From NCBI RefSeq assembly GCF_964213995.1, contig NC_135813.1, positions 12,524,001 to 12,588,000 of the forward strand: 64,000 nt of DNA, in the 5' to 3' direction. Position numbers and translations under genes: made by a program. The DNA is from Mustelus asterias (Eukaryota). Below, piece after piece: positions 49,858-60,929 of the stretch (its first letter is position 1; each line of letters starts with the position of its first letter). Under the pieces are notes generated by a model. That model worked only from the letters and a program-made list of their open reading frames with translations, did not search any database and had not been told where the DNA came from.

Positions 49858-50442
49858 ACTCAGCAATATAAAGATTCACGTGATTGCATCACTGGTGGGA
49901 GTGCATTACTTTTGTTCCATTGTTAACCGAACTGAAAAGAACCACTCGACAAGTTTTCCCTCTTCCGACTGGTGACGTGTGACAAGCGATAGACACCAGC
50001 AGTGGCCATTTACCATTCTGATGTTTCAGGTATAGTTCTTCATTCATCTGTTCTAATTTACTCCCGAGACATTAACATCTTCCTTTCTTGAAAGATTCTG
50101 AGGAGTGGAAACCCTTGGCTGATTCATTTTAATTGACCCCCCCTTGGCCAGGGGGAGACCAGTTAATTCTGTGCAGAGCAGGGAATAAACTAGGGGACCT
50201 TCCATGTGTATGGTTTAATTTCACATCGTGGCATGAATTTAGTTCTGGGGAAGCCTTAACACATTCTTCTGCATTAAAATCTTAAATTAATAATTTAAGC
50301 AGTTAGTTATTAACTTGCTCGGAGTCACCTCCGAATATTACGATTTCCTCCTTCATTGGTATTTCAGCTAAAGGAATAGTGCCCTAGTACCTGAAAAAAC
50401 AGAACGTTCACTGTGGTGTCAGAGTACATCCAATTATCCCAT

Positions 50443-52014
50443 TTAAACCATCAGCATAAGGAAAAGATACAAAGGCAATAAAAGATTGTCTATTTGATTG
50501 GTGTAAGCTTCTAGCATGGAGACTATGACAATAGACCCCATAATCCAGCTGTAGCTGCCATTCAGATTCACTGTTTTATCAAAGATCAGAATTAAAGCAA
50601 CAGTAATGATCTGGGCAAAGACAGAGGTTGCTGTCCCTTCGAAGGTCTTCTTCGTTCCGGGCCACCTAACCTCTCCCATCGTGCTTCCAACAACAGAGGC
50701 CATGGCGTCACCAATCCCCACAGCCAGGACTCCTGCGTAGGGAGCTAGTGCTACCTCCCCTGGAAAGGAGCTCTGTGGGGCAAACACTCCAGGGAACAAC
50801 CACACAGGCAAGGTCAGTCCGAGCAGCAGGTAAATGTGCGTCAGGATTAAAGGTCCACCGTCACGGTCATCAAGAAACAGGGCCAGCATTGGTCTCAACA
50901 TCAACCCGAGTGGTTTAATCCTAAAATGCCTTATGTATTCCAACACCACGAATGCAGCAAAGCAAACCACAGCAGCAATGTAGAGTAACGGGCGGTCATA
51001 GATGAGGCCTGGGATGTAGGTTGCCACTATAATGACATGAAAGCTTTTTCGCATGGCTGTGGAAGCTTTATACTCTTTAGATTCAGATGATTGCTTATAG
51101 TTCTGGTGAAAGACAACGAGCGAGGCAAGAAATGCCAGTGTCATCCAGTAGCTCAGTAGGTAGATCCTGGTTCTGGTGGACGTGAGGAAGTTGAGAAGCC
51201 AAGCAACAAGATGGTTCCTGGTCAGTCGGTGGAACCAGGGCACCATGATTCCCAATCCAAAAATGACTGCCGTCACGTGGAAAATCAGCGAGGAGACCCA
51301 AGTCTTGGAGTCCATGAAACAGTACAAAATAGTGAAGACTAATCCCAGGAGCGCCGTCCCCACCACAATCACCAAGAGGAACGATGCAAGTGGATCATGT
51401 CTGCCATCTCCGAAAGTCAAAGAACGTTTGATGAGCTGGTTTGTGATGATGCTCAAACCTGACAAGAACAACATAACTTCTCCTGGCGTGAAGCTCCGTG
51501 GCATAATGTAAAGGACAATGAGGGAAAGATAGACAAAAATCAATAGTACCTCCAGGATTTCGATGACCTCGGCAACTGAAAGAGAGTGCTTAAGGGCGTA
51601 TATTATGGCACAGGACGCGAAGCCGTACACAATACTGGTATTGGTGGGCAGTGGCTTTGTGAGGCCCAAACCCAGCAATGAGATGAACAGGGCGATGGCC
51701 ATTCCAGCAGCCGAACACACAACGCAGAACCGCTCGAACTGTACGTTGCCGACCGTTTCCCACCGCTCCTTCAGCACGATTCCCAGCAGGGGCAAAACCA
51801 CGCTGGCCGGCAGCAAGCCACTACTAAAGGCCGTCCTGTATTGGAAAACAGCATTCCCGGACTTCAGTAGCCGGTCCCACTTGTGCTGAACGTAGTAAGC
51901 CTGAACCGCCAAGGCGAGTGTGCACCAGGAAAAGGTGTTCCAGATCTCAGCGTGGACAGACAGCACGATGATGAAGACGATGAAAGACTCCACCAAGACA
52001 GGGTTTTGCAACAT
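50443..52014 (-). CDS. DOLK: Dolichol kinase, single coding exon (523 aa from the likely start; the ORF extends in frame to an ATG at 52098, 551 aa)
   Basis: [75 protein letters not shown]; polytopic membrane protein; syntenic position between PHYHD1 and NUP188. ATG 52014 has the context gccgcaATG. Confidence 0.97.
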   Translation of the reverse strand: MLQNPVLVESFIVFIIVLSVHAEIWNTFSWCTLALAVQAYYVQHKWDRLLKSGNAVFQYRTAFSSGLLPASVVLPLLGIVLKERWETVGNVQFERFCVVCSAAGMAIALFISLLGLGLTKPLPTNTSIVYGFASCAIIYALKHSLSVAEVIEILEVLLIFVYLSLIVLYIMPRSFTPGEVMLFLSGLSIITNQLIKRSLTFGDGRHDPLASFLLVIVVGTALLGLVFTILYCFMDSKTWVSSLIFHVTAVIFGLGIMVPWFHRLTRNHLVAWLLNFLTSTRTRIYLLSYWMTLAFLASLVVFHQNYKQSSESKEYKASTAMRKSFHVIIVATYIPGLIYDRPLLYIAAVVCFAAFVVLEYIRHFRIKPLGLMLRPMLALFLDDRDGGPLILTHIYLLLGLTLPVWLFPGVFAPQSSFPGEVALAPYAGVLAVGIGDAMASVVGSTMGEVRWPGTKKTFEGTATSVFAQIITVALILIFDKTVNLNGSYSWIMGSIVIVSMLEAYTNQIDNLLLPLYLFLMLMV

Positions 52015-52574
52015 TGCGGCAGACTTTTCTTCTGACGTACGCGGTGCCGAGAACGTTTTAATCATCCTAGAATCCGGCAAAGTGCGATTCCATTCCATTT
52101 GCCAACAATTATTCCTTTAAAAATCTCTCCTTTGATTGGATTTCCTTCGAACCTTTGATCTAACTGAGTGTCAGACCTGGAACAGAAATTGTAACGTAGA
52201 CTGCGTTAGTTACGGATAGAATGTTGTAGAGAGGCTTTTTCATCCGTCTGTGCATCAGTCAAAGGAATGTCAGTAAGTCAGATTAGACCCAACAAGTTTG
52301 CTTATATTTGTCTTTAATTCACCTCACTTTGTACTGGGGAGATCAGCAGGTAAGCCTGGCGCAGTCTGAAATTGAGCTCACAGTCCAGTCTTTATCAATT
52401 TGCCTGTGAATTCCATGCTCGGATGGTAATCCTGACCACCTCCCCCCAACCCCACCCGACTAACACAAATAAGGTGAGATTTTCAAATGTTTTGGTGCTC
52501 TCCCTGGGTGGTGCTTTAGAAGGAAGCTTATGATTGTGGAATAGCTGGAACCCAGTTTGTACAATGTAGTCTCC

Positions 52575-52980
52575 AGAAACATAGAAAATAGGGGCAAGTG
52601 GAGGTCATTCAGCCCTTCGAGCCTGCGCCACCATTCAATATGATCATGGGTGATCATGCACTTTCAGTATCCCACTCCCGCTTTCTCTCCATATCCCGTG
52701 ATCCCTTTAGCCACAAGGGCCGCATCCAGCTCCCTCTTGGACATATCTAATGAACTGGCCCCAGCAGCTTTCTGTGGTAGAGAATTTCACAGGTTCACAA
52801 CTCTCTGAGTGAAGACGTTCTTCCTCATCTCAGTCCTGAATGGTTTACCCCTTATTCTTAGACTGTGACCAGTGGTTCTGCACTTCCCCAACATTGGGAA
52901 CATTCTTCCCGCATCTAGCATGTCCAGTCCTATCCGGATTTTTATATGTTTCTATGAGATCCCCTCTCATTCTTCCAAAA
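52575..52980 (-). mobile_element. CR1 LINE 3' fragment
   Basis: CR1 tail and C-terminal coding remnant similar to 28360-28715. Confidence 0.78.
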
Positions 52981-53156
52981 GGCTCTTGATAAAGAACATT
53001 ATATCCTTATCATTGTGTAACCTCAATACTCAACTGGCAATTAGTAACAGAATAGTTTTTTTTCAACATTTTAGTGATAAACAGGCAGAAAAAAAGGTCA
53101 CGTTCAGTTTGGATATGCCATCAGCTTAAAATACATGGAATGGAGGCAGCCACTAG

Positions 53157-53440
53157 GGCGGCACGATGGCACAGTGGTTAAGCACAGCTGCCTTACAGCG
53201 CCAGGGACCTGGGTTCGATTCCTGGCTTGGGTCACTGTCTGTGTGGAGTATGCACGTTCTCCCCGTGTCTGCGTGGGTTTCCTCCCACAGTCCAAAGTGC
53301 TGGTTAGGTGCACTAGCCATGCTAAATTCTCCCTTAGTGTACCTGAACAGTCACCAGAGTGTGGCGACTGGGGATTTTCACAGTAACTTCATTGCAGTGT
53401 TATTGTATGCCTACTTGTGACACTACTGGATAAACTAAAA
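53157..53440 (+). mobile_element. V-SINE with alternative tail
   Basis: Same alternative tail; internal deletion in the core. Confidence 0.85.
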
Positions 53441-53784
53441 CTAAGCTAGTCAATTCATTTGCAGTTTAGAAATAAATTAACTGGAAAAATTCTACTGAAA
53501 ACAACTGTTTGGTGCAGAATCACTAACATTATTGTGTTATCAATACCACCATTTTGCTGAATTAAAAAACAACTACTTTCAAAGTAGCTGGGCTGAGCAG
53601 GCTTCAGTTGCTGTTCTAAGTATCATCTGTCTGTGGAGTTAACGGGGAAAACATGTATTCATTGACAAAGAAAGTAAGCGATCAGTGTCATCTTCCACTC
53701 CACAGACACAATATCTAACTCCTGCCATCAAAAAAATGAGTACAAAAGTTGATAGTGCACTGTGTTTTGTGTTTTCTATTGTGA

Positions 53785-54390
53785 ACAGGAGTAGGCCATT
53801 CAGCCCCTTGAGTCTCTTCCATCACTCAATTAGATTATGACAGATCTGCATCTTAATTCCAGCTGCCTGTCCTAGTTCTGTAATCCCCATGCCATTGCTC
53901 AACAAACGTTCATCAATCTTGAATTTGAAATTTTCAATTATCCCAGCCTCAACAGCTTTTAGGGGAAGAGAGTCCAGACTTTCACTAACCCTCGTGTGAA
54001 GCCCTCTAAATCATCAAGCTCTATTCTTAAAGTTATGTTCGCTTGTTCTGTGTTTCCGTACCGGAATTTAGATGTACCTTATTAAATCCTTTGATTATCT
54101 TACACACCTCAATTAGATCATTCATTAATCAATATCCAAGGGAATACAGCCCGCACTATGCAATCTGTCCTCATAATTTAACACTTTTAGCCCCAGTATC
54201 CCTCCGGTGAATCTGTGCTGCACCACCTCTGAGGCTAATGTATCCCCTTAGAGGTGCAGTGCTCAGAACTGAATGCAGTTCATTGGGTCCTGTTCAGAGC
54301 TCTGTCAGCTGTAACATAGCTTCTACCTCTGCGTATTCCAGTCCTCCTCAGATAAGAGCCTATATTCCATTAGCCTTTTTAAACAGCTTC
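53785..54390 (-). mobile_element. Old CR1 LINE 3' fragment
   Basis: Degenerate match to the other CR1 3' ends in the window. Confidence 0.65.
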
Positions 54391-54921
54391 AATATTGGAT
54401 GTCGGATGTCTCTCTTCACTGACCAAAAATTGCCAAATAAAATTAAAATTGTTCAACTGCCTACCTTTTGTGACTTTGGACATTTTAGTCAATGCTTTCC
54501 TGGGCTTTTTTCTATATTTTTTTCAGATAGAAACACAGAAACTAGAAGCAGGAGTAGGCCATTCGGCCCTTCGATCTAAGTCTATTAAAGTGCTAATTGT
54601 GTCCTTCACCCTTCTGCCATCATCCAAAGATACCTGTAACATATGATTAATATTTCTGTTTCATATCTCTACTGGTAAGGTATCTATGACAATTTTTAAA
54701 AGTATGCATTTTAAAATCTAAATCATGTGAATGAACAGTAGGATATTTAATTAGCATCCTGGGAGCTGTGTATTTTATATTAGGAAGAAATTCTGACAGA
54801 TTGTAAACTCTTTAAAATGGGTCAGTTGATTTTTTTTGGGCATGTGGATAAAGTAAACCTTTTCACAAAATACAGTTCCCCTTACTGGAAATGAGACCTA
54901 CAGGGATGACTACTTAGATGA

Positions 54922-55212
54922 TGGCGCAGTGGTTAGCACTGCTGCCTCAAAGTACCAGGAACCTGGGTTCGATTCCTGGCTTGTCACTGTCTGTGCGGAG
55001 TCTGCATGTTCTCTCTGTGTCTGCGTGGGTTTCCTCTGGGCGCTCCAGTTTCCTCCCACAGACCGAAAAAAAATGTGCTGGTTAGGTACATTGGCTATGC
55101 TAAATTCTCCCTCGACGTACCCAAACAGGCGCCGGAGTGTGGCGATGAGGGGATTTTCACAGTAACGTCATTGCAATGTCAATGTAAGCCTACTTGTGAC
55201 ACTAATAATTAA
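54922..55212 (+). mobile_element. V-SINE with alternative tail
   Basis: Same alternative tail. Confidence 0.85.
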
Positions 55213-55509
55213 ACTCAAGACTAGGGTTCTGTTCTGAATGAAGCTTATAATTAAGGCTTATTAAAGCCAGTTTTTATTTCCAATTTGAAAGCCCAGGTTA
55301 TAAAACAAATAAAGAGAAAATCAGTAAATCAGCTGGTAAACCTTGAGCTCCAATATACCCAGACATATTTGGAGAAAATCAGTAAAGAACAATTTTTAAT
55401 TTGAACATCACTAGAACTCAAGTAATGACCTTCGAAACGAGAAATCACAAATTACTTCACAGTTTACAGACAATATCTTTAAACGATCAGACTAGTTCTT
55501 GAAGACTAT

Positions 55510-55945
55510 TACTTGCATTTATATAGTGCTTTTCACCTACACAAGGTGTCCCAAAGCGCTCTACAGCCAAGTAATTACTTTTGAAGTGAAGTCATTGTTG
55601 TAACTTGGGAAACTTGGCACCCAATTTGCACACTGCAAGGTCCCACAATCTTTAATGAAACGATGACTAGATAATCTATAGCTGAGGAATAAATATTGGC
55701 CAGGGCATCAAGGGGAACTTGCCTGCTCTTCTGAAAAGGGAATCTTGGGATCTTTTACACCCACATGAGAGCAGATGGGGCCTCAATTTGCATCCCTTCT
55801 GAAACATGGCACATCCGAAGGTGCAGTACTCCCTCAGGACTGTACTGGTCAGCCTCGATACCATGGCCAAAACTCTGCAGTGGGAACTGAACCAACAAAC
55901 TTCTAACTGAGAGGTGAGAGTTCTACAACTGAGTACAGGCTGACC
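55510..55945 (-). mobile_element. DeuSINE (SacSINE1/AmnSINE1-like) in the DOLK 5' intron; fragments at about 18370-18530 and 20345-20430
   Basis: Deu-domain-like gggatcttttacacccacatgagagcagatggggcctc...tgcagtactccctcaggactgtactgg and tail ...cactatataaatgcaagt. Confidence 0.7.
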
Positions 55946-56886
55946 CCTGTACAAAAGAAATTGAAGAACTGATGTTTATTGTTATATCTTCAAGGCACTT
56001 AATTGCTAGCATGATAGTATAAGGTGGTGGAGGTAGTGGTGGTGTCACTGGGCTAGTAACCCAGAGATCCAGGGCTATGTTCTGGGGACCAGAGTTTAAT
56101 CCCACATGGCAGATGGTGAAATTTGTATTTCATAAAGATCTGGAATTAAAAATGATGACCATGAAACCATTGTTAATTGTTGTAAAAATCCATCTGGTTC
56201 ACTAATCTGCTGTCTGCACCTGGTCTGGTTTACATCTGATTCCAGATTCACTCAATTTCTCTGAAATGGCAATAAATGCTGGCCTAGCCAGAGATGTCCA
56301 CATGAACAAATATTTTTTTTAAATGCCAGAACAAGAGAATGTTGCATTTATGCTTTTAATAAACATGAAGTATGTCTTTAACATAACAACTAGGAGCAGG
56401 AGGAGGCCATCTGGCCCCTCGAGCCTGCACCGCCATTCAATATGATCATGGCTGATCTTTTCATGGACTCAGCTCCACTTACCCGCCCGCTCATCATAAC
56501 CCTTAATTCCTTTACTGTTCAAAAATGCATCTATCCTTGCCTTAAAAACAGTCAATGAGGTAGCCTCAACTGCTTCACTGGGCAGGGAATTCCAGATCCA
56601 CAACCCTCTGTGTGAAGAAGTTCCTCTTCAACTCAGTCCTAAATCTGCTCCCCCTTATTTTGAGGCTATGCCCCCTAGTTCTAGTTTCACCTGCCAGTAG
56701 AAACGACTTCCCTGCTTCTTATCTACTCCCTATATGTTTCTATAAGATCTCCCCTCAATCTTCTGAATTCCAATGATTGTAGCCCCAGTCTATTCAGTCT
56801 CACCTCTGCAATCAACCTAGTGAATCTCCTCTGTACCCCCTCCAGTGCCAGTATAACCAATCTTCGATTGAAACCAATGTATTCAG

Positions 56887-57622
56887 AGGACTATTAATGT
56901 GGTATTTCTTTCGACACCAATCAAGTAAACGAACTCAAATTAACTTAGGGACAAAGTAAAAGGGGCGGCTCCCCAAAAGGAAGGGGGGAACAGCCCGAAC
57001 CAAAATCAAAGTCGAAAGGAAACTTAAAACGTCAAACCAAAAGGTGATTATCGGGGTCGATAATACACCCCAGCCCCTGCGGCGCCCAGCGGTCGCGGAA
57101 GGCGTCAACCGCGCCCGTGGACACCGCATGTTCCCTCTCCAGAGACACCTGGCCGCGAATGTAGCCGCGGTAGAGGGGCAGACAGTCGGGATGGACGGCC
57201 CCGTCGATCGCCCGCTGCCTGGACCTATTGATGGCGCGTCTCGCCAGGACTATTAATGTGGTAGCTTTTTCGGCACCAATCAAGTAAACGAACTCAAATT
57301 AACTTAGGGACAAAGTAAAAGGGGCGGCTCCCCAAAAGGAAGGGGGGAACAGCCCGAACCAAAATCAAAGTCGAAAGGAAACTTAAAACGTCAAACCAAA
57401 AGGTGATTATCGGGGTCGATAACACACCCCAGCCCCTGCGGCGCCCAGCGGTCGCGGAAGGCGTCAACCGCGCCCGTGGACACCGCATGCTCCCTCTCCA
57501 GAGACACCTGGCCGCGAATGTAGCCGCGGTAGAGGGACAGACAGTCGGGATGGACGGCCCCGTCGATCGCCCGCTGCCTGGACCTATTGATGGCGCGTCT
57601 CGCCAGGACTATTAATGTGGTA
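56887..57622 (-). mobile_element. Two tandem copies of a 5'-truncated Tx1-like (L1 group) LINE 3' end, period 359 bp
   Basis: GC/CpG-rich. Encodes LARRAINRSRQRAIDG...YRGYIRGQVSLEREHA...FRDRWAPQGLGC, resembling the Tx1 ORF2 C-terminus. The 18-mer aggactattaatgtggta occurs at 56887, 57246 and 57605. Confidence 0.78.
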
Positions 57623-58260
57623 AATATGCTGGACTTGCTCCATATATAATGAGGAATAAATGATTGACAATTACTGCCGTGTTAAGAACGTAGTTCTAAA
57701 GATAATTCAGGTCCTGTCATTTCAATATAAACCTTTTTTTGTTGTTTTCCTTCTAAATATTGGGTCTGGGGATGTACATGCAATGGTGGTATAGGCAACA
57801 TACAATGTGTGTAAACCTCAGTGTTGTGATAAGTATGCATCTCTTGTCCTGATTTTCGATAAGGAATATTTTGTATCTTTTTTCACAAATTTAGCAGCAC
57901 AGTTTTTCAAACGTATTTATTGCTGGAAATCTAAAATCTGATTTTAACAATTTCTACTTAGCAAAAATATTCAACTGGCCTATAATCAGTTTTGAAGACA
58001 CCAATCTATGTTCTACTTTTAAGAGATGTATCAACCCAAATGACATTTAAAACCAAAATGAGAGAATTTTATTCCAGATGAACAAGACATGGGAGGTTTG
58101 CCTTTGCATTGAACTAGAAACAGCTGACAGCAACCCACTGGCCAAATACGCACAGCAGGAATCAGGAAACAGATTGCACATGCCCTGTACAAAATGCTCA
58201 ATAGCCAAAATAAAGAAAATTGATTAACTAAATGTAAAATACAGTACTCCAATTTCAACT

Positions 58261-58568
58261 CATAGAATCACTACCGTGCAGGATGTGCCATTCGGACCAT
58301 CAAGTCCGCACCGACAACAATCCCACCTAGGCCCTATCCACGTAACCCTACTATTCCTCTAACCTACTCATCCCGGGAACTAAGGGGCAATTTAGCACAG
58401 CCAATGCACCTAACTCACACATCTTTAGACTGTGGGAGGAAACTGGAGTACCTGGAGGAAACCACACAGGGAGAACGTGCAAACTCCACACAGTCAGTGA
58501 CCCAAGCCGAGAATCAAACTCAGATCCCTGGAGCTGTGAGGTAGCAGTGCTAAACACACTGCCGCCCA
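58261..58568 (-). mobile_element. HE1-type V-SINE
   Basis: Same head, core and tail. Confidence 0.88.
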
Positions 58569-59033
58569 CTGACATAATAGATGTGTCAGCCAAAAATAGC
58601 AAACAACTGGTCGGAAATATAAAGCGGAATAGTTACAGTCAACCTTTCCGTATAGTAAGAGTTTGATTAATACAGTGTTATTTCAATTCCAGTTACGGTA
58701 CACACCCTAATCTTCCAGTCACAATTCAAAAAGAGGGTGCCCCAGAAAAAAAACTTTCCGATCAGCTGCTTATTAAATGACAATTTTAGCAGTGACGAGC
58801 GGTAGAAAAAAATTCTCACAGCCTGTGTGGCCCTCAGTTGTCGTACTTGGTTAATAGCAGGGGAGGGCAATTGATTAAAACACTTAGAATAAAAACATCC
58901 GATTGTTAGGCGAGAAGACGAAAACGACAATAAAGGGGAACAATCCCACTTTATTTTTCCACTGGCAAAACAAAACAGTTCGGGGGGGTAAGCATCATCC
59001 CTCATAACAATATCTCAGCACACAAACACACAC

Positions 59034-59100
59034 CTGTCACCTTCCAGGGGGCGGCCATGATGAAAGGTCAATCACGTGACACGAACCGCTCAGCGCGTCC
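59034..59100 (-). other. DOLK: Probable DOLK non-coding exon 1 (transcription start approximate)
   Basis: Minus-strand donors CAG|GTGTGT (exon end 59034) and AAG|GTGACA (59041) at the CpG-island edge; matching acceptor aatttctgttccag| with exon start at 52176. Confidence 0.55.
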
Positions 59101-59550
59101 GCGGTTGAAGGTCACGTGAGGAAAGGGCGGCAGGGATCACGTGAGGAGGGTCGTCCCAACGCGGGGAGGGGAAAGAGCGCCCTGTCAGCACAGAGGGGCG
59201 GAGCCGACGAGGAGTCACGTGCAGGGGGGGAAAGAACGGCGCTCGATCAGCACAGAGGGCGGCGGATCACGTGCAGGGGGGGGAGAGAGAGGGAATGACC
59301 CGAGCGTCGGTCACGTGAGGAGGGTCGGCAATGGCGGCGGTGGTTGGGTCGTATGTGAGGTAAAGAAAAATAGATGAAAACTTTTTTCTCCCGCCCAGAA
59401 ATAAAAAGCCCGATTCGGATCAAAGGCAGGCGGCTCTGCTGAATAAAATCTACTTTATCCGCGAATGAAGGGCGAGCCGGAGGCCGGTGTTGCAGGGGGG
59501 GGGGGGGGGGGGGGTTTACAGTTGGTAACTGGGTGAGAGCGCGCTCGACA
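59040..59550. promoter_or_regulatory. CpG-island bidirectional promoter of DOLK and NUP188 with six CACGTG E-boxes, GC boxes and a YY1-like ATGGCCGCC motif
   Basis: The only CpG-rich non-repeat segment of the window; CACGTG at 59073, 59113, 59138, 59216, 59268 and 59312; GGGCGG boxes; lies between the divergent genes as in human. Confidence 0.85.
59331..59359 (+). CDS. NUP188: Nucleoporin NUP188 coding exon 1 (MAAVVGSYVR, phase 2); no further exon found in the window
   Basis: ggcaATGGCGGCG...GTGAG|gtaaag; resembles human MAAAAGGPCVR ending at the same phase-2 donor; head-to-head with DOLK. Confidence 0.85.
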
Positions 59551-59939
59551 CGAGTTTACATTCAAACTCTCCATCAGGCTGATGGAGCCAAATGGGCATT
59601 TGATCCTTTCAGGATATTCGTTTTAACGTTTCGCCCTCTTCATTTTGCAAACAAGTAATTCCGAGTTGTGGTTTTTTTTTGAGTATAAATTTACCGGAAT
59701 CCTGACAGGAAACTGTTCTTTCTCTCAAACTCCAAACCCCCCCCCCCCCCCGCCCCCCCCGTCACTCAGTGATCTGAAAGGACCCCTTGGTACCCAGGAT
59801 CTTCACCCAGCACCTGGTATTCTCAGATCTGTACCAAAACAGATCTTGTAACCAAGGCTCGTGGACGGCACACGACCTCGCCAGCAGTCAGATATGTTAA
59901 CAAATCTCCACAAATGAGTTTTAGTCAGCCTTCCTATCG

Positions 59940-60232
59940 TAGAATCCATACAGCGCAAAAAGAGGCCATTTGACCCATCAAGCCGGCACTGACAACAATC
60001 TCACCCAGACCCTATCCCTGTAGCTCCACATATTTACGGACTACTCCCTTTGACACTAAGGGGCAGTTTAGCATGCCAATATAGCTAACCCGCACATCTT
60101 TGGAGTGTGGGAGGAAACCCACTCATACACACAGAGGACGTGCAGATCCCGCACAGACAGTGACCTGAGGCCGGAATTGAACCCGGTCCCTGGCACGGTG
60201 ATGCAACAATGCTAACCACTGTGCTGCCCACA
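59940..60232 (-). mobile_element. HE1-type V-SINE
   Basis: Same head, core and tail. Confidence 0.88.
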
Positions 60233-60929
60233 GGCCATGTGTTATGAATATAAGCTCCATATGAAATAGGAACAGAAGTAGGCCATTGGGTCCCTTGTGC
60301 TTCTCTGCCATTCCGTAAGATCTGTTTTGAGTTCCCTATTCCCCATCTCAGAATCATACAGTGCAGAAGAGACCCTTCGTCACATCAAGTCTGCACTGAC
60401 ACACCTGACCTCTGACCTAGCCCCATTTACCAGCACTCGGTCCGTAGCCCTCTACCCCAGATAACCTTTGATTTCCCCTTGCCCAACAAGGATCTATGCA
60501 CTTCTGCCTAAAAAATATTCAGTGACCCTGCTTCCACTGCCTTCTGAGGCAGAGTGTTCCAAAGTTGCACAACCCTCTGCGAGGAAAAAACATTCTCCTC
60601 ATCTATAACAGTGCCCCCTAGTTCTGGACTCACCGACAAGAAGAAACACCCTTTCAATGTCCACTGTTCAGGATCCTCTATTTAAATTAAGTCACCCAAC
60701 CTTTCCTCATCAGGCAACCTGCTCCATCCAGGTATCAATCCACTAAATCTCCTCTGAACGGCACCAATGCATTTACATTCCTTAAATAAGGATACCAAAA
60801 CTGCACACAGTATTTGAAATGCGGTCTCACCAATGCCTTATATAACTGAAGCATACATCCTTAAGTTGCTTATTGTTTTTCAGTGCAGTGCAATTTTCAG
60901 CACAGTACTATGAGTGAAAATGATTGGTT

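Noticed and set aside
56887-57622. CRISPR-like repeat-spacer pattern
   Set aside because: Vertebrate DNA; the 'spacers' are near-identical LINE fragments and the repeats are target duplications.
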